Source: Takakia lepidozioides (lineage: Eukaryota; Plantae; Bryophyta). Taken from it: a DNA stretch of 64,000 nt. Under the pieces are notes generated by a model. That model ran no database searches, had not been told where the DNA came from, and saw only the letters and a list, made by a program, of their open reading frames with translations. The DNA lies in assembly GCA_030704615.1 (NCBI GenBank), contig CM060734.1, positions 27,466,001 to 27,530,000 of the forward strand, in the 5' to 3' direction. The stretch's first letter is position 1. Every line of letters starts with the position of its first letter. The position numbers were made by a program, and so were the translations under genes. Of the stretch, positions 12,820 through 25,031 are shown piece by piece.

Positions 12820-13279
12820 TTACACTGTTCCAATGTCATTGGCACACCCCTCACCTATACGGACAAGGAACTGCGGGAATACACTAATTTTGCCCACAAG
12901 AGATTGATACAAGTCTTAAAGTTTAAACTTCCACACATAGTGGGCAAACACTGTATGCCACGCAGGATTCCTGAGACGCCACAGAAGGTCAGAGCACCAT
13001 CGGGGGGAGGATGATTATGATACTACTGGTTCTATGGAGGAACCTTTTGACATGGCTGAGGACTATGCAATACAAATGGCAGAGAAGAAACGACGGGGAT
13101 CTCCTATGCCGGAGAAGTTACCTCCTTATCAGCCGAAGGAAGGGCAGTCATTTCCATTTGGGGGACAGTCATCTCCATCAGCTAACGACAGGGCTCGGGC
13201 TCGCACACAGAGCCCTCCACGGAACTCTCACCAGCAGTGCCGAGACGCGGTAGCGTCAAGGGATTGGTGTCCCGCTACA

Positions 13280-15636
13280 CCCCGTCTTCGTAATGAGATG
13301 CTTCTCCAACTCTTATTTTTCCAATGTTGATATCTTCCATCTGGAACATATCCACACATGCGTATATAAAGACTCAAAAAACCAAATGACCGTCAAAACT
13401 GGAAGCTGGGGATGAGGCTTATAAAAGTGGAGATGGTCATTTGCTTATTTAAGGATTTCTGCACACATGTGTGGATCTGTTCCAGGTGGAGAACATCAAC
13501 ATATTGGATAAAGTGGACATGGAGAAGCACTGCATTACGAGGCAGGAGACACTACAAAAAAGAGCTTCAAAAGGCATACCATGTAACATGTCCTAGTATA
13601 ATCAAAGACGAAACCCGATTCATTCAATGGGCGATTGAATGGTTGCCCATCCAAATGATTTTCGTTTGCTTTCAATCTTTGCCACTATGTTCAACATACC
13701 ATGTATCAGGTCCTGGACTAATATGAGATCAATCAAAATTCATTTGATAGCTCAACGGATGGTTGGCCATCGAAATGATTTTGGTTTGCTTTGAGACTTG
13801 GTCACTATGTTCAATGTGCCATGTAAGAGGCCCCAGAGTAATATGAGATCAATCGAACTTTGTTCAATGGGCCAACGGATGGTTGTCCATCCAAATGATT
13901 TTCGTTCGCTTTGAGAATTGGCCAGTGTGTTCAATGTACCCTCTGATACGTCCCAGTGTAATACAAGATCAATTGAAATTCGTTCGATGGGCCGATGAGG
14001 CGTTCACTTGTCATATGCCCCTCTTTTGCCCCCATGTGCTTGAACATGTGTGCGACATATGTGCGGAGACACATTAGACGAATAAATCATTTGCCTCCCC
14101 ATCGACGCGCTCACCCCTCAAGCCATTCCACAATATAATTGAATTTAAATTCATTTTAAGCCAATAAATAGGTTTGCACTGCTTTTCATTGGGGTTTTTG
14201 GCACGTATCGATTTTGTTTTTGGCTCAATTTTGTTCTGCGGCTTCAAGCATCCCACCGCTACTCCCCCACCAAAATTTGGACCAATAAAAAATGCCCCAA
14301 AAAAAAAGTATTCTCTTCGCTCACTATTGCAGAATTCTCTATGAAGAGTGCATGAAGTTGAACACAAATCAAGTTTGGAGTGCAAAACAAGGAATAAACT
14401 ATGGTTTTGGGTCCAAATGAATTATGTTCACTCCCAAATTTGGCACGCACGTTGCATATGGCTACATTATACTCCCCATTCAAAAATGGAATGAAAAAAA
14501 AAACCGTGAGCACGTGAAACACAGTCCAACAGGTCCTAAAGCAATAGCAGATCCAACGGAATACATTCAACGAGTGAACGGATGGTTGCCCATCCAAATC
14601 ATTTTTGTTTGCTTCCAAACCTTGTAAGTACGTTCGAGACACCCTCTCACAGGTCCCCGACTAATATGAGATCAATCGAAATTCATTCAATGGCTCAACG
14701 GATGGTTGGCCATCGAAATGATTTTGGTTCGCTTTGAGACTTGGCCACTGTGTTCAATGTGCCATGTAAGAGGCCCCAGAGTAATATGAGATCAATCGAA
14801 TGGGCCAACGGATGGTTGCCCATCCAAATGATTTTCGTTCGCTTTGAGAATTGGCCAGTGTGTTCAATGTACCTTCTGATACGTCCCAGTGTAATACGAG
14901 ATCAATCAAAATTCGTTCGATTGTCCAATGAGGCGTCCACTTGTCATCTGGTTTTTGTTCAATGCGAAAAAAAAATCCTGCAATGCGTGCACGACCATTG
15001 CACCCATTGAACGGATGTGGTTGAAGCCCCTCTTTTTCCCCCGTGTGCTGGAACATGTGTGCGACACATATGCGGAGACACATTAGACGAATAAATCATT
15101 TGCCTCCCCATCGACGCGCTCACCCCTCAAGCCATTCCACAATATAATTGAATTTAAATTCATTTTAAGCCAATAAATAGGTTTGCACTGCCTTTCATTG
15201 GGGGTTTTTGGCACGTATCGATTTTGTTTTTGGCTCAATTTTGTTTTGCGGCTTCAAGCATCCCACCGCTACTCCCCCGCCAAAATTTGGACCAATAAAA
15301 AATGCCCCCAAAAAAAAGTGTTCTCTTCGCTCACTATTGCAGAACTTTCTATGAAGAGTGCACGAAGTTGAACACAAATCAAGTTTGGAGTGCAAAATAG
15401 GGAAGAAACTGTGGTTTTGGGTCCAAATGAATTATGTTCGCTCCCAAATTTGGCACGCACGTTGCATATGGCTACATTACACGCCCCATTCAAAAACGGA
15501 ATGAAAAAAAAATCGTGAGCACGCGAAACACAGTCCAAAAGGTCCCAAAGCAATAGCAGATCCAACGGAATACATTCAACGGGTGAACGGATGGTTGCCC
15601 ATCCAAATTATTTTTGTTTGCTTCCAAACTTTGTCA
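13280..15636. repeat. Higher-order tandem array: approximately 1.01-kb units built from 120-bp subrepeats, same family as 6850-8107
   Basis: GAACATGTGTGCGACA...GCGGAGACACATTAGACG at about 14042 and 15051; the same block is at about 7257. Confidence 0.88.
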
Positions 15637-15749
15637 GACGATGGTGGCGCGGGGGTGGAGCTCCGCCCCCTTGCGTTTTACTGAATGACATATTTGACAT
15701 CTCAACGTGACCTGATCTGGAATCATACCTTCCCATATCATTTGCTCAT

Positions 15750-16110
15750 ACGTTCACAAAGCCTCCCTTCCTCTGTCAAACTCTGCAACCTCCCGCGCTG
15801 ATTTGTCCGCACAGGCATGCTGGACTTGTTGTGAGACAAAGAGGAACAAGACTTGCCGCCCTCTCAGATGCTGATAAGCAGATGCAAACTCCAACCTACA
15901 CAGAGAGAAAGCACGGTCCATGTTATAGAGAAGTCCATTTGTATAAGGATAGGGGAAGTTTCCAAAGAATTTTTCACCTTCCTTGGCTGGTGGCACGCCT
16001 ACCTCCACCTTGAATACCCTCGCATCTTCCCAACATTTTCGTATTCCTCTCTACTCATTAACCAGGGAATTCTCCTGGAGCCAGTTTGATCTGCGAGCTT
16101 CATCGCGAGG
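15750..16110 (-). pseudogene. Fragment of cytosolic leucyl-tRNA synthetase N-terminus with degenerate HIGH region
   Basis: [47 protein letters not shown] matches the eukaryotic cytosolic LeuRS motif [37 protein letters not shown]. Confidence 0.88.
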
Positions 16111-16299
16111 TTAGTGAGTCTTCTAACTCTCGCACATGTCGTGGCCTTGTAGTACAATCAACGTGTCGTTGAACCTAGGCATAAATCTACGTGTAATGAT
16201 GATTAGGCATATTTCATACAGGTGGAAGCTATTCCATCCATCTATCTTCCACCTAGATGGTCAATGTGCCAAGTCACCCTAGTTGACCCAAATTCCATT

Positions 16300-16565
16300 A
16301 TTTCTCAGTGTAGGAGATCTCACACTATATGGCTCATTTCACACTCATGTGAAATGCCTCATATAGATTATCTTACACATCACATGGTTAACGCCCGTTG
16401 ACCCCAAAGGGTGTCAAACGGTGTGAAATTTGCAACACAATCTGGCTTTTCCTACAATGGTCCAGATCACACCTTGCCTCCTCTCACATGGGTGTCAGAT
16501 AATCCGTTGAAAGAGCCAGGTGTGATCTATAGGTGGTGTTGCTAAAACCATTTTCTCTCGTAGTG
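16300..16565. mobile_element. CACTA (En/Spm) transposon right terminus with subterminal repeats
   Basis: Ends ...TTTTCTCTCGTAGTG at 16565 (reverse complement CACTACGAGAGAAAA). Multiple TCACAC/GTGTGA subterminal motifs. LINE coding sequence starts immediately after. Confidence 0.75.
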
Positions 16566-18347
16566 TCCATCTCACGGACTCTACACCCCGCACATCATCC
16601 TCTTACAAGAAACTAAACTCAACACACACAACCCCAATAGTTCCTATATCAACAAACTCCTACCAGCCTATTGTATGTTATATGGTAACTCACTCACAGC
16701 AACAAAGTGCCTAACTAGATGCTCCACGCCATACTATCCTACCTGGGGCGGGGTGGCTTTTGGTATCCTCCGCACACACCACTCCCCTAGCACTACGGTC
16801 AAAAAACCTGTCGCTCTCCCCCTCCGGTCACACCTCCAAATCATCAAACTACTACCCCCCCCCCCCCCCCCCCGCGCCCCCCCATTACCATTATACACCT
16901 ATACATGCCTTCACACGCCGAAGATCTCCCCCTGATCCCTGACATCTTACTCACTATCTCCAACACACTAACCCAATCCTCCACCCATTCTTAGCACTAC
17001 ATCCTAGCGGGCGATTTCAACAGGGACATTGCCCTCATGGGTCACACATACAATGGTATACACAAAACCTTACATACCCGTGGATCACCATTACTCCAGA
17101 CAGGGTGGACTCAACTACTCCTCCTTAAGCCTTCTCGACGGTTTTTACCTCAAGACACAAAATGACATTCCAACGTACCTTAACAGTCATGTGCACATTT
17201 ATAGCTTATGCAACTCAGACCACTACCCTGTTTCAGTAACCTTCCCACCATCCCTCATCCCCTTCAGACCTATCCCACCCATACATATCCCTCCGCCTCA
17301 ATCTAGAATTTTATCCCCACTCCCCCAAAATAACATAACCACCTTTCTAAAGCACTTCCAACCAACATCCTCATATCCTTATACTAAAACTCTCCGACAT
17401 ACTCTCCAAAGCAAACCTCGTGCAATCCCCTGACAAAGCCTGGACTGAATCCGAGATTATACTCACAACCTCTATGCAGACCAAAAGTGTCATTGCCACC
17501 TGCTCTGCCCCTCCTGAAATACCGCAAACTACACGTTCAAAACAAAATGGTGGTTACCTCACCCGTACTGAAAAACATACATGGACATCACATCTTAACA
17601 CATACCACACGATAAGACACGCCCTCACCATTATACCTACTACTACCCCCATACACCCGGAGAATAACTGGACAACGGATCCCCGCATCACTTGCCTAAA
17701 TACCCTAACAACATGTCAAGCACTTATGCCCCCACATAACAACCGGGCAGTTGTAGGGTACGGTGGACCAAAAGAGGTAGATTTTTTCTCCATGAAAGTC
17801 TATATAGGTACCTAAAATTGAGGGAATTTATCCAAATATTTAATTTTAGATGATAGATCTGATATATTTAACACTTTTAGTAAAAAGTCCCACCCCAAAT
17901 AGGCTAGAATTTTTTTATTAGAAATTTTAGTATTTAATTATGAAAAAAAATTCTAATAATTAGAGATTTTTGAGTTTTTTCCATATATCACTTGGCACCT
18001 CTAGATTATGGGTTTTTACACCTTTTTAGTAATGATGATATCCCAAAAGCCTCTAAATGAGGATGATGTACATTAGGGAAAACAGGCCCAGTGTTTAGTA
18101 TAAATTAGTCCATACCTCTCATTCCTTGATGTTTTTAGTCCATATAAAAGTGCATTTGGGTAGCTTTCAAAAATGGCACCCCCAATGTGTTTTCCTTTTT
18201 GCTATTACTTAGATGTATATGATGTTTTTTTAGTCCATATGGTTTTTCATGTGTAACACTGCAGTCCATAACTTTAAGAGTCCATAACTCTTTCATAGAT
18301 GATCTTTTTTACAATAAAAAAATTGTAGTATGTATCTACTGTAGTTG

Positions 18348-18519
18348 ACAACCAGCATGTAGCCCAGTGGTAATGGGCACATACCACGTTGGATGTGGTT
18401 GTGGGTTCAAACCACGGTCTGGTGTGTCATGAAGGTGTCCACTTTCCTAGCGGAAGGCAGTAGCCCTTCGAGGTGAAGTGACTCCATAAGTTACGCTTCC
18501 TTCGGGAACTTTTTTTTTT
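18348..18519 (+). ncRNA. tRNA-derived SINE-like unit (Pol III A/B boxes, T-run terminator)
   Basis: A box TAGCCCAGTGG 18360-18370, B box GGTTCAAACC 18404-18413, T10 at 18510-18519. No complete cloverleaf. Confidence 0.6.
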
Positions 18520-18601
18520 CTACTATAGTTACAAATCTTAGACCGTATAAACTTGTATGAAATATTGAGTTGTGATTTTTTTTTAAAGGGTGGACGCGTT
18601 G

Positions 18602-18758
18602 CCGAAACAAGCGTAACTTATGGTGTCACTTGACCCAGAAGAGCTACTGCCTTCCGGTAGGAAGGTGGACACCTTTGTAACAACCAACAGGGTGGTTTGA
18701 ACCCACAACCACTTGTAAGAGGATATATGCCCTTACCGCTGGGCTACATGTTGGTTGT
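18602..18758 (-). ncRNA. Second tRNA-derived SINE-like unit, inverted copy of 18348-18505
   Basis: Reverse strand reads CATGTAGCCCAGCGGTAAGGGC...GTGGGTTCAAACC..., homologous to the left unit over about 155 bp. Confidence 0.6.
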
Positions 18759-19442
18759 TTGTTGTGATTTTACTATTAAAGGTTACCTCCAGTGCAGAAA
18801 CTGCCATGTTACGCAGTTTTTGGTCTACCGTAGCCTGCAACCACCCAACCCCCAAGATATTCCTAACTGGATAGCAACTCTCTCCAAAGTTGGAAGAGAT
18901 ACAAAAAAAGCCGCTTACAATATTATTAAAAAAAAAAAACCACCGCCAATCACAAAAAAATTGTCTCCTCTTTTAACCAACTTCTCCGCGATCACCCCAA
19001 AAAGCTCACAAAACCATCTTTAAACCCGTCCTCAACCCACCCATCGACCGTCTCAAACACCGGAATGGCCATCTGCTAACCAACCCAACGGACATCAACC
19101 AAGAAATATGGTCACAAACATCCTTAACCTACACACCCACAGTCACAAATTGTTTGCAGATCCCAGTGTCCATACTGTATGTGTAAAGCTAAACACTACC
19201 CATGACATGATATAGATGGCTTCTCAATAGACAACATGGGATCCCCAACGGATCACATTCTAGACTTATTTACAATCGATCTTTACGAATCATGTCTTAA
19301 GAAACTATCTAAATCTAAAGCCCCGAGCCCAGATCTTATAGCAAATGCCATACTTCAAGCATTGGACCCTCAACTTCAACACTTCATTTTCAAAATTTTC
19401 CAGCTATGTTACAAACTAAAACGAATTCCACATTCCTGGAAG

Positions 19443-19709
19443 GAGGTTTACTATTTCATGAGCAGAAACCATGAGCCATGAGCCATGAGCCGCATGAGCG
19501 GTGAGCCGAAGTCTAAGATACGCGGATTTCATGAGCGGACTCCTCCAAATTTGGAAATGCGGCAGATTAAACAAGTATTAAAATAATAGTTTTTTATTTG
19601 ACCTTGCCGTTTTTGGACGTTCCAGATCATGTAATGCGGCGAAGATATGTCGTCAGTAACAAGTCCGCTCATGGTTTTTTAGATCCGCTCATGGAAATAA
19701 GTGACCGTG
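19443..19709. mobile_element. Short CATGAGC-rich dispersed element (MITE-like)
   Basis: Begins GGTTTACTATTTCATGAGC with tandem CCATGAG; ends GCTCATGGAAATAAGTGACC (imperfect inverted match). Relatives at 45769, 55494 and 62601. Confidence 0.6.
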
Positions 19710-19719
19710 CAACGGGAAA

Positions 19720-20245
19720 TCCAGTATACCACTGCAAAAGGACGTCGCATACTGGCCTGGTATGTTGAACATAGTGGCAAAGATTGAAAGCAAACGAAAA
19801 TCATTTGGATGGTCAACCATTCGATCGTGAATTTCGTTTCGTCTCATATTAGACCGGGTCCCGTTACATGATATGCCTTTTGAAGCTCTTTTTGTAGTGT
19901 CTCCTGCTTCGTAATGCGGTGTTTCTCCATGTCCACTTTTTCCAACGTTGATGTTCTCCACCTGGAACAGATCGTCAACCATTCGAGAGGGAGGTGAATG
20001 ATTCGATCGCCCATTGATGAAGCACCTTCATGGGTGCACTGCCTTTTGAAGCTCTTTTTGTAGTGTCTCCTGCTTCGTAATGCGGTGCTTCTCTATGTCC
20101 TCTTTTTGGTGCCACTCTCGATCTGGAAGAGATCTACAAGTGTATATAAATCCTAAAAAAACCAAATAACCATCAAAATTTGAAGTCTCATTCCCGGACC
20201 GCAGCTTCAAATTTTGATGGTTTTTAAAAAAAAATGATTTCTATA
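19720..20245 (-). repeat. Inverted fragment of the repeat family at 13280-13700
   Basis: GCCTTTTGAAGCTCTTTTTGTAGTGTCTCCTGC (twice) is the reverse complement of about 13542-13576. Confidence 0.8.
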
Positions 20246-20246
20246 C

Positions 20247-23200
20247 ACGTTTTGTTGGCATGTGGTGCATGTCTCGACATACTCCTCGGCCTCCTCCCTC
20301 AGTTTGGGCCAGAAATACTCTTTCTTCAGGAGTGTCGCGGTGCGCTTGGTTCCGCCGTGGCCCGCAAGCGGGCCATCATGGCATTCTCTCAAGATCTCTG
20401 ATCCCTCCCTTCGGCACGTAGAGACGCTTTTGCTTGTACCGGAGCAGTCCATTGTGCAAGTGGAACTGCGATTTAATCCCCAACCTCAAGTCCCGCATCA
20501 CGGACTTCGCCATCTCATCCTTCCGATAAGCCTTCCGGAGCGCCGTCTCGCCTCTGTATACCAACATGAGCTGCTGCTTTCTACTTAAAGCATCGGCCAC
20601 CACATTGTCCCATCCCGGTTTGTACTGGATATCAACGTCAAACACTGCCAAAGTGTCTTGCCACCTAAGTTGTTTTGGGGACAACTTAGACTGTGTGGCA
20701 AAATACTTCACTGTGACATTGTCCGTGAACACCTTCACCGGGTTGGAACCAACATAGTGGCGCCAAAGCTCGCACCACCGCCTTCATTTCTTTCTCGTGC
20801 GTAGGCCACCGTTGCTCTACTTCATTCAGTTTCTTACTTTTGTAAGCCACTGGATGTCCATCCTTCATGAGCACACCCTCAATTGCGAAGTCCGACGCAT
20901 CTGTATGAATCTCAAATGGACGGTCAAACTCCGGGATTTTCAGGACTGGAGTTTCCGCCATCCGCTGCTTCAACTCGGCAAAAGCTTGGCCACAAAAGGT
21001 GTTCCATACCCATATCTTGGACTTACACAGAAGGTCTGACAGTGGCCCCGCGATCTTGGCGAAATTTCTCACATACTTTCGGTAATAGGAGGCGAGTCCT
21101 AGGAAGGATCGCACTCCCGGGACCGAAGTCGGAGGCTCTTAGTCCAAGATCGCTCTCACCTTTCTATCATCCATTTTTATCCCATCCTATGTAATCACCT
21201 GCCCTAGAAACTCCACTTTTGTGACCCCAAATTCGCACTTTGAAGCTTTGGCATACAGCTTCTCTTCCCACAATTTTTGGAACACCCTTTCGAGGTGTTC
21301 CAGGTGCTCTCTCCTTTGTTTTCGAATACACCAAGATGTCGTCGATGTACACGATCACAAAGTCATCCAACCACTCCTGGAAAAGGCTGTTCATTAGCAT
21401 GCTAAAGGTCGCGGGTGCGTTGGTGAGCCCAAAAGGCATCACCAAGAACTCATATGAACCATATCTTGTCCTGCACGCGGTCTTCTCCTCATCTCCTTCC
21501 GCCACTCGGATTTGATGGTAACCTGAGCGCAAATTGATCCGGCTGAATTACTTTGCTCCTGCCTTCCGATCGAAGAGGTCGTCGATCCTTGACAAAGGGT
21601 ACCGGTTTTTTATAGTCACCTTATTCAGAGCCCTGTAATCGACACACATCCGCAGCAATCCTTCTTGTCTGCGAATAGCATCGCGGCTCCGTAAGGTGAC
21701 TTACTCGGCCGGATGTACCCCTTTGACATTAGATCCTTGAGCTGGGCCTTCAGCTCAACCAACTCTCTGTGGCTCAACCGGTAAGGCACCTTGGCAGGCG
21801 GCTCCGATCCCAGTATCACCTCTATCTTGTGGTCAACTGCTCTTCGCAGTGGCAAGCCACTTGGTAAATCCTCCGGCATCACATCCTGGTATTTCTCTAG
21901 GATCCCCTTGATCCAATCTGGGCTAAGCTCCCTATCGACTTCTCCTTCCACTTGTCTTACGTAAAGTAAAACTGGGGCTCGTGTGGCTCCTCCACTGCCC
22001 ACTCCTTTGCTATCAGCAGGTTTATTCGCCCTCCCACTCGGTTGGGCGTTTCCGACACTCGTAAAACTTTGCCACCATTCCCACACGGTAGCGTGACTAT
22101 TCTCTTGCGGCCATCTATGACCGCTCCGGATTTGCTCAAAAAGGTCATCCCCAAAATGAGATCCACTCCATCGATCTCGCAAATGGTGAAGTTCTCACGT
22201 CCCTCCCAACTCCCGAGCTGAAGAGGGACATTGAACGCCAACCTCGTTGCCAGTTGTAGTTCTCCTTTGGTAGAACGCACTTCAATAGAGGCCCCCACAT
22301 CACTCGTCGGGAGCCCCAGCTTCCGTGCCGTTGCCGGTGTCATGAAATAGTGCGACGTTCCTGTGTCCACCAACAACGACACGTTAGTTCTGGAAATTAT
22401 CCCACTCACGAACATTAACTGACTCCCTTTACGTAAGGGGCCAGTCTCCTGATACAACTCACAAGAGTAGTTGCCTACCTTGCAAGTCTTGGCGACTACT
22501 GCCTCCACCAAGCGACTGATGGAATCTTCGGACAGCTCCGTGGTTGCCTGAGTCATATTCAATTGTCGGGGTTTCGCGCACTTCTTGGCCATGTGCCCGG
22601 GCTCCCTGCAATTAAAGCACACTCCATCAAAGGTCGCCTTCTGTCCGCCATAAGCCGCCGCACCTGATTTTCCTTTCGAAGCACCAAATGCCGCTTTGAC
22701 GTGTGAAGGCCCTCCCTTCGATTTCCATGTGCCATTGTCGCCGCGTGGCCTATCCCACTTCTTTTCTAGTCAGAAGGAGTCACCCTCCTGCCGGGCCTTC
22801 TTGTGGTTCAGCTCCGTATGGCCTTGTCTTTCACCCCTAAGGACATCCGAGAAACATTTAGCCCTTTCAATTGCCTCGTTCAAAGTCTTAGGTGGCTTCT
22901 CCTCCAACTTCCGCCTGGCCCATGGGGCCAATCCCGCCACAAACTTGAAGACCATTTCTGGTTCCGCCATATCCGCGACTTCGAGCAACAACACATTGAA
23001 AGCCTAAACATATCCCCGAGTGTCATCCGTTTGCTTCAAATTCCTCATCTTGTCCCAGGTGAGCCATGACGCGTTGAGGGGCACAAACTGTCTTTTCATA
23101 AGTTCCTTGAATCCACTCCAGCTCAAGGTTTCTAGGTTTGGACCTTGGTCATAAAGGCGTTTTTGCCACCATTGTTGAGCATAGCCCCTCAAATAGGTGG

Positions 23201-24420
23201 GAGCCACTTCCACTCGATCCTCGTCACTCAACTTGGCCGCCCGGAAGTACTGCTCCAGCTCCACGAGCCAGGTGTTGAGTGCCTTCCGATTTCAGACGCC
23301 CTCGAAGGTGTCGGGTTCCTTAGGCTTCACCTTAAACTTTGCCTTAGTGGAAGTGGCATTAGCCGCCCTCATCACATCTTTCAACGTCCCGCCAAATTGC
23401 GCCAAAAACCCTTCCCAAAAGGCTGCTGGCATGGGAGGCATCTGTTGGTCTGGCAGAGCCTCTGGGAAGTCCTCGGGTTCCGACTCCCCAAATTCTTCCC
23501 GTTCTTGAGCGGCCTCGCTTTCAGAAGCATAAATCGCCTCTTCCAATTGTCGCTTCGGTGACACGTCGCCCCCACCGGGCTCACCAGGATCATCATCTTT
23601 CGGGCCGTTCCGCTTTCGTTTTGTCTTGCCCGACCCCATGATGAGGCCGATCTCAAGGACGATCGCGTACTGAACTCTAGGCTCTGATACCAAGTGTCGC
23701 GCACCTCACTTCGGTAAGCTCCCCTTCACGTCATAGTTACTCGCTTTGATGCGCGCGCCTAATTCCCAAACTGGCCGCCGGGCCAACTCGGAGTTTCGGC
23801 TGCTCACCGGGACATAATGGTCCCCTTTTGCTCCTTCACAAGACCCTCGCTCACTTTGGGCCTAGTGGAAATTCCCTTTGGTTGTTGGCAGTCCGGAACA
23901 GCTCCCCACACCTTGGTCGCTTTCCGGCTCGCACGCTTACTCACTAGTTTTTGGTCACCAACGGGCTTGCACCGTTCTTGGGGTTACTACTCCCTATATA
24001 TACTTCAATGACTGTCCGCGGGGGTTTCACAAACAACACCGTCCTTTTATGGCGAACCACCACGAAGGCCCTTGACTCCCGGTGATGAGTCGCGGTGAGT
24101 CTTGGCCCGACCACCACGGCCCCAATGGACCGTGATGAGTCCCAAGACTTCCCCACGACTCCCAGCACAAGGTCTCCGCCCCATAGTGAGTCTTATGCCA
24201 CCCCCACTAAGACCCACTAAGCTACCATCACCCCTCGTGGAACCACCCCCACCGCAACCCGGTGTGCGGGGCTCCACCTAGTGAGCGCCTCCGCCTCTTT
24301 GAGTGCCTTGGGCACTCAGGGGTGCTTCAGCCCCCGTACCTATTGTTGCCACTGCCCCCACCACAGGGGCAACCCCTCTTGTGTCCCGACCCCCTGCCCT
24401 CAAGGCAAAGGGCCGCGACA
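20247..24420 (-). mobile_element. Chromovirus-type Ty3/gypsy element, 3'-truncated (5' LTR, PBS, gag, PR, RT, RH, start of INT)
   Basis: LTR 23695-24420 with TGTCGCG...CGCGACA termini; PBS tRNA-iMet 23682-23692; gag CCHC CFNCREPGHMAKKC; protease LVDTGTS; RT YIDD; RH IHTDASDF; multiple stops and frameshifts. Lineage inferred from homology to the 56921 copy. Confidence 0.95.
23695..24420 (-). repeat. 5' LTR (726 bp)
   Basis: 7-bp terminal inverted repeat TGTCGCG; adjacent PBS; homologous to 56921-57646. Confidence 0.93.
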
Positions 24421-25031
24421 GCCTTCATTGTTTCGAGGCGTGTTTTTCAATGTACCCTCCAACTCGGCTATGCGCAGTCTTTGTCATTCCACAAAGTCCT
24501 CCAGGGTCCCGATTCGCTGTTTTGTTTCCGCCGGTTGTTCCTCTAACATTCCAAATACTTGTTACACCGGTGCCTCGGGCATGCCCAGTATCATAGCCTA
24601 GGGTGCTGGTGCCTCGCGCACGCCCAGTATCGTAACCAGGGTTGTTCCGAACGTGTCCGGGATGTACTCCAAATCGTATTGCATCATTGCGTTCCTCCTA
24701 CTAGCAATTTGCCAATTCACTGGACGCAACAGTATAACCTCCACGTACAACATGGCTGCCAAGGTGTACGAGATTTGGCCCCCCTTTAAGAGACGTTGAC
24801 CCCACAATGTGCAATGCACCTCAGTCGTCCCCTTGGGGGGTGCACTCTTTATAAAATGTGCGTATCACGTGCGTTCGCCGGCTAATAAAAAAAACCCCCT
24901 GTATATGGGTCCTGGGATAATTTATACCCCCTCTGTACATACTTTTTGAAGATTATAAAACCCTCTCCTATAAATATACCGAAATTTACTTTTTAAAAAA
25001 CACCCCCCTTCTGTATGTATATTCCCCTTTT

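Larger units (their letters stand above)
17750..18841. mobile_element. Non-autonomous TIR DNA transposon inserted in the LINE
   Basis: Left GTTGTAGGGTACGGTGGACCAAAA and right TTTTGGTCTACCGTAGCCTGCAAC match at 21/24 as inverted repeats. AT-rich interior. LINE homology resumes after 18841. TSD not clear. Confidence 0.75.
16566..19442 (+). mobile_element. LINE ORF2 fragment (APE endonuclease to start of RT), decayed, interrupted at 17750-18841
   Basis: HIILLQETKL, ILAGDFN, SLLDGFY, CNSDHYPV endonuclease motifs; KAPSPDLI..RIPHSWK pre-RT motif; homologous to 45856-48960. Confidence 0.88.

Noticed and set aside
18355-18430. Functional tRNA gene
   Set aside because: A and B boxes are present, but there is no convincing acceptor stem or anticodon arm, and homology to the inverted copy extends well beyond tRNA length.
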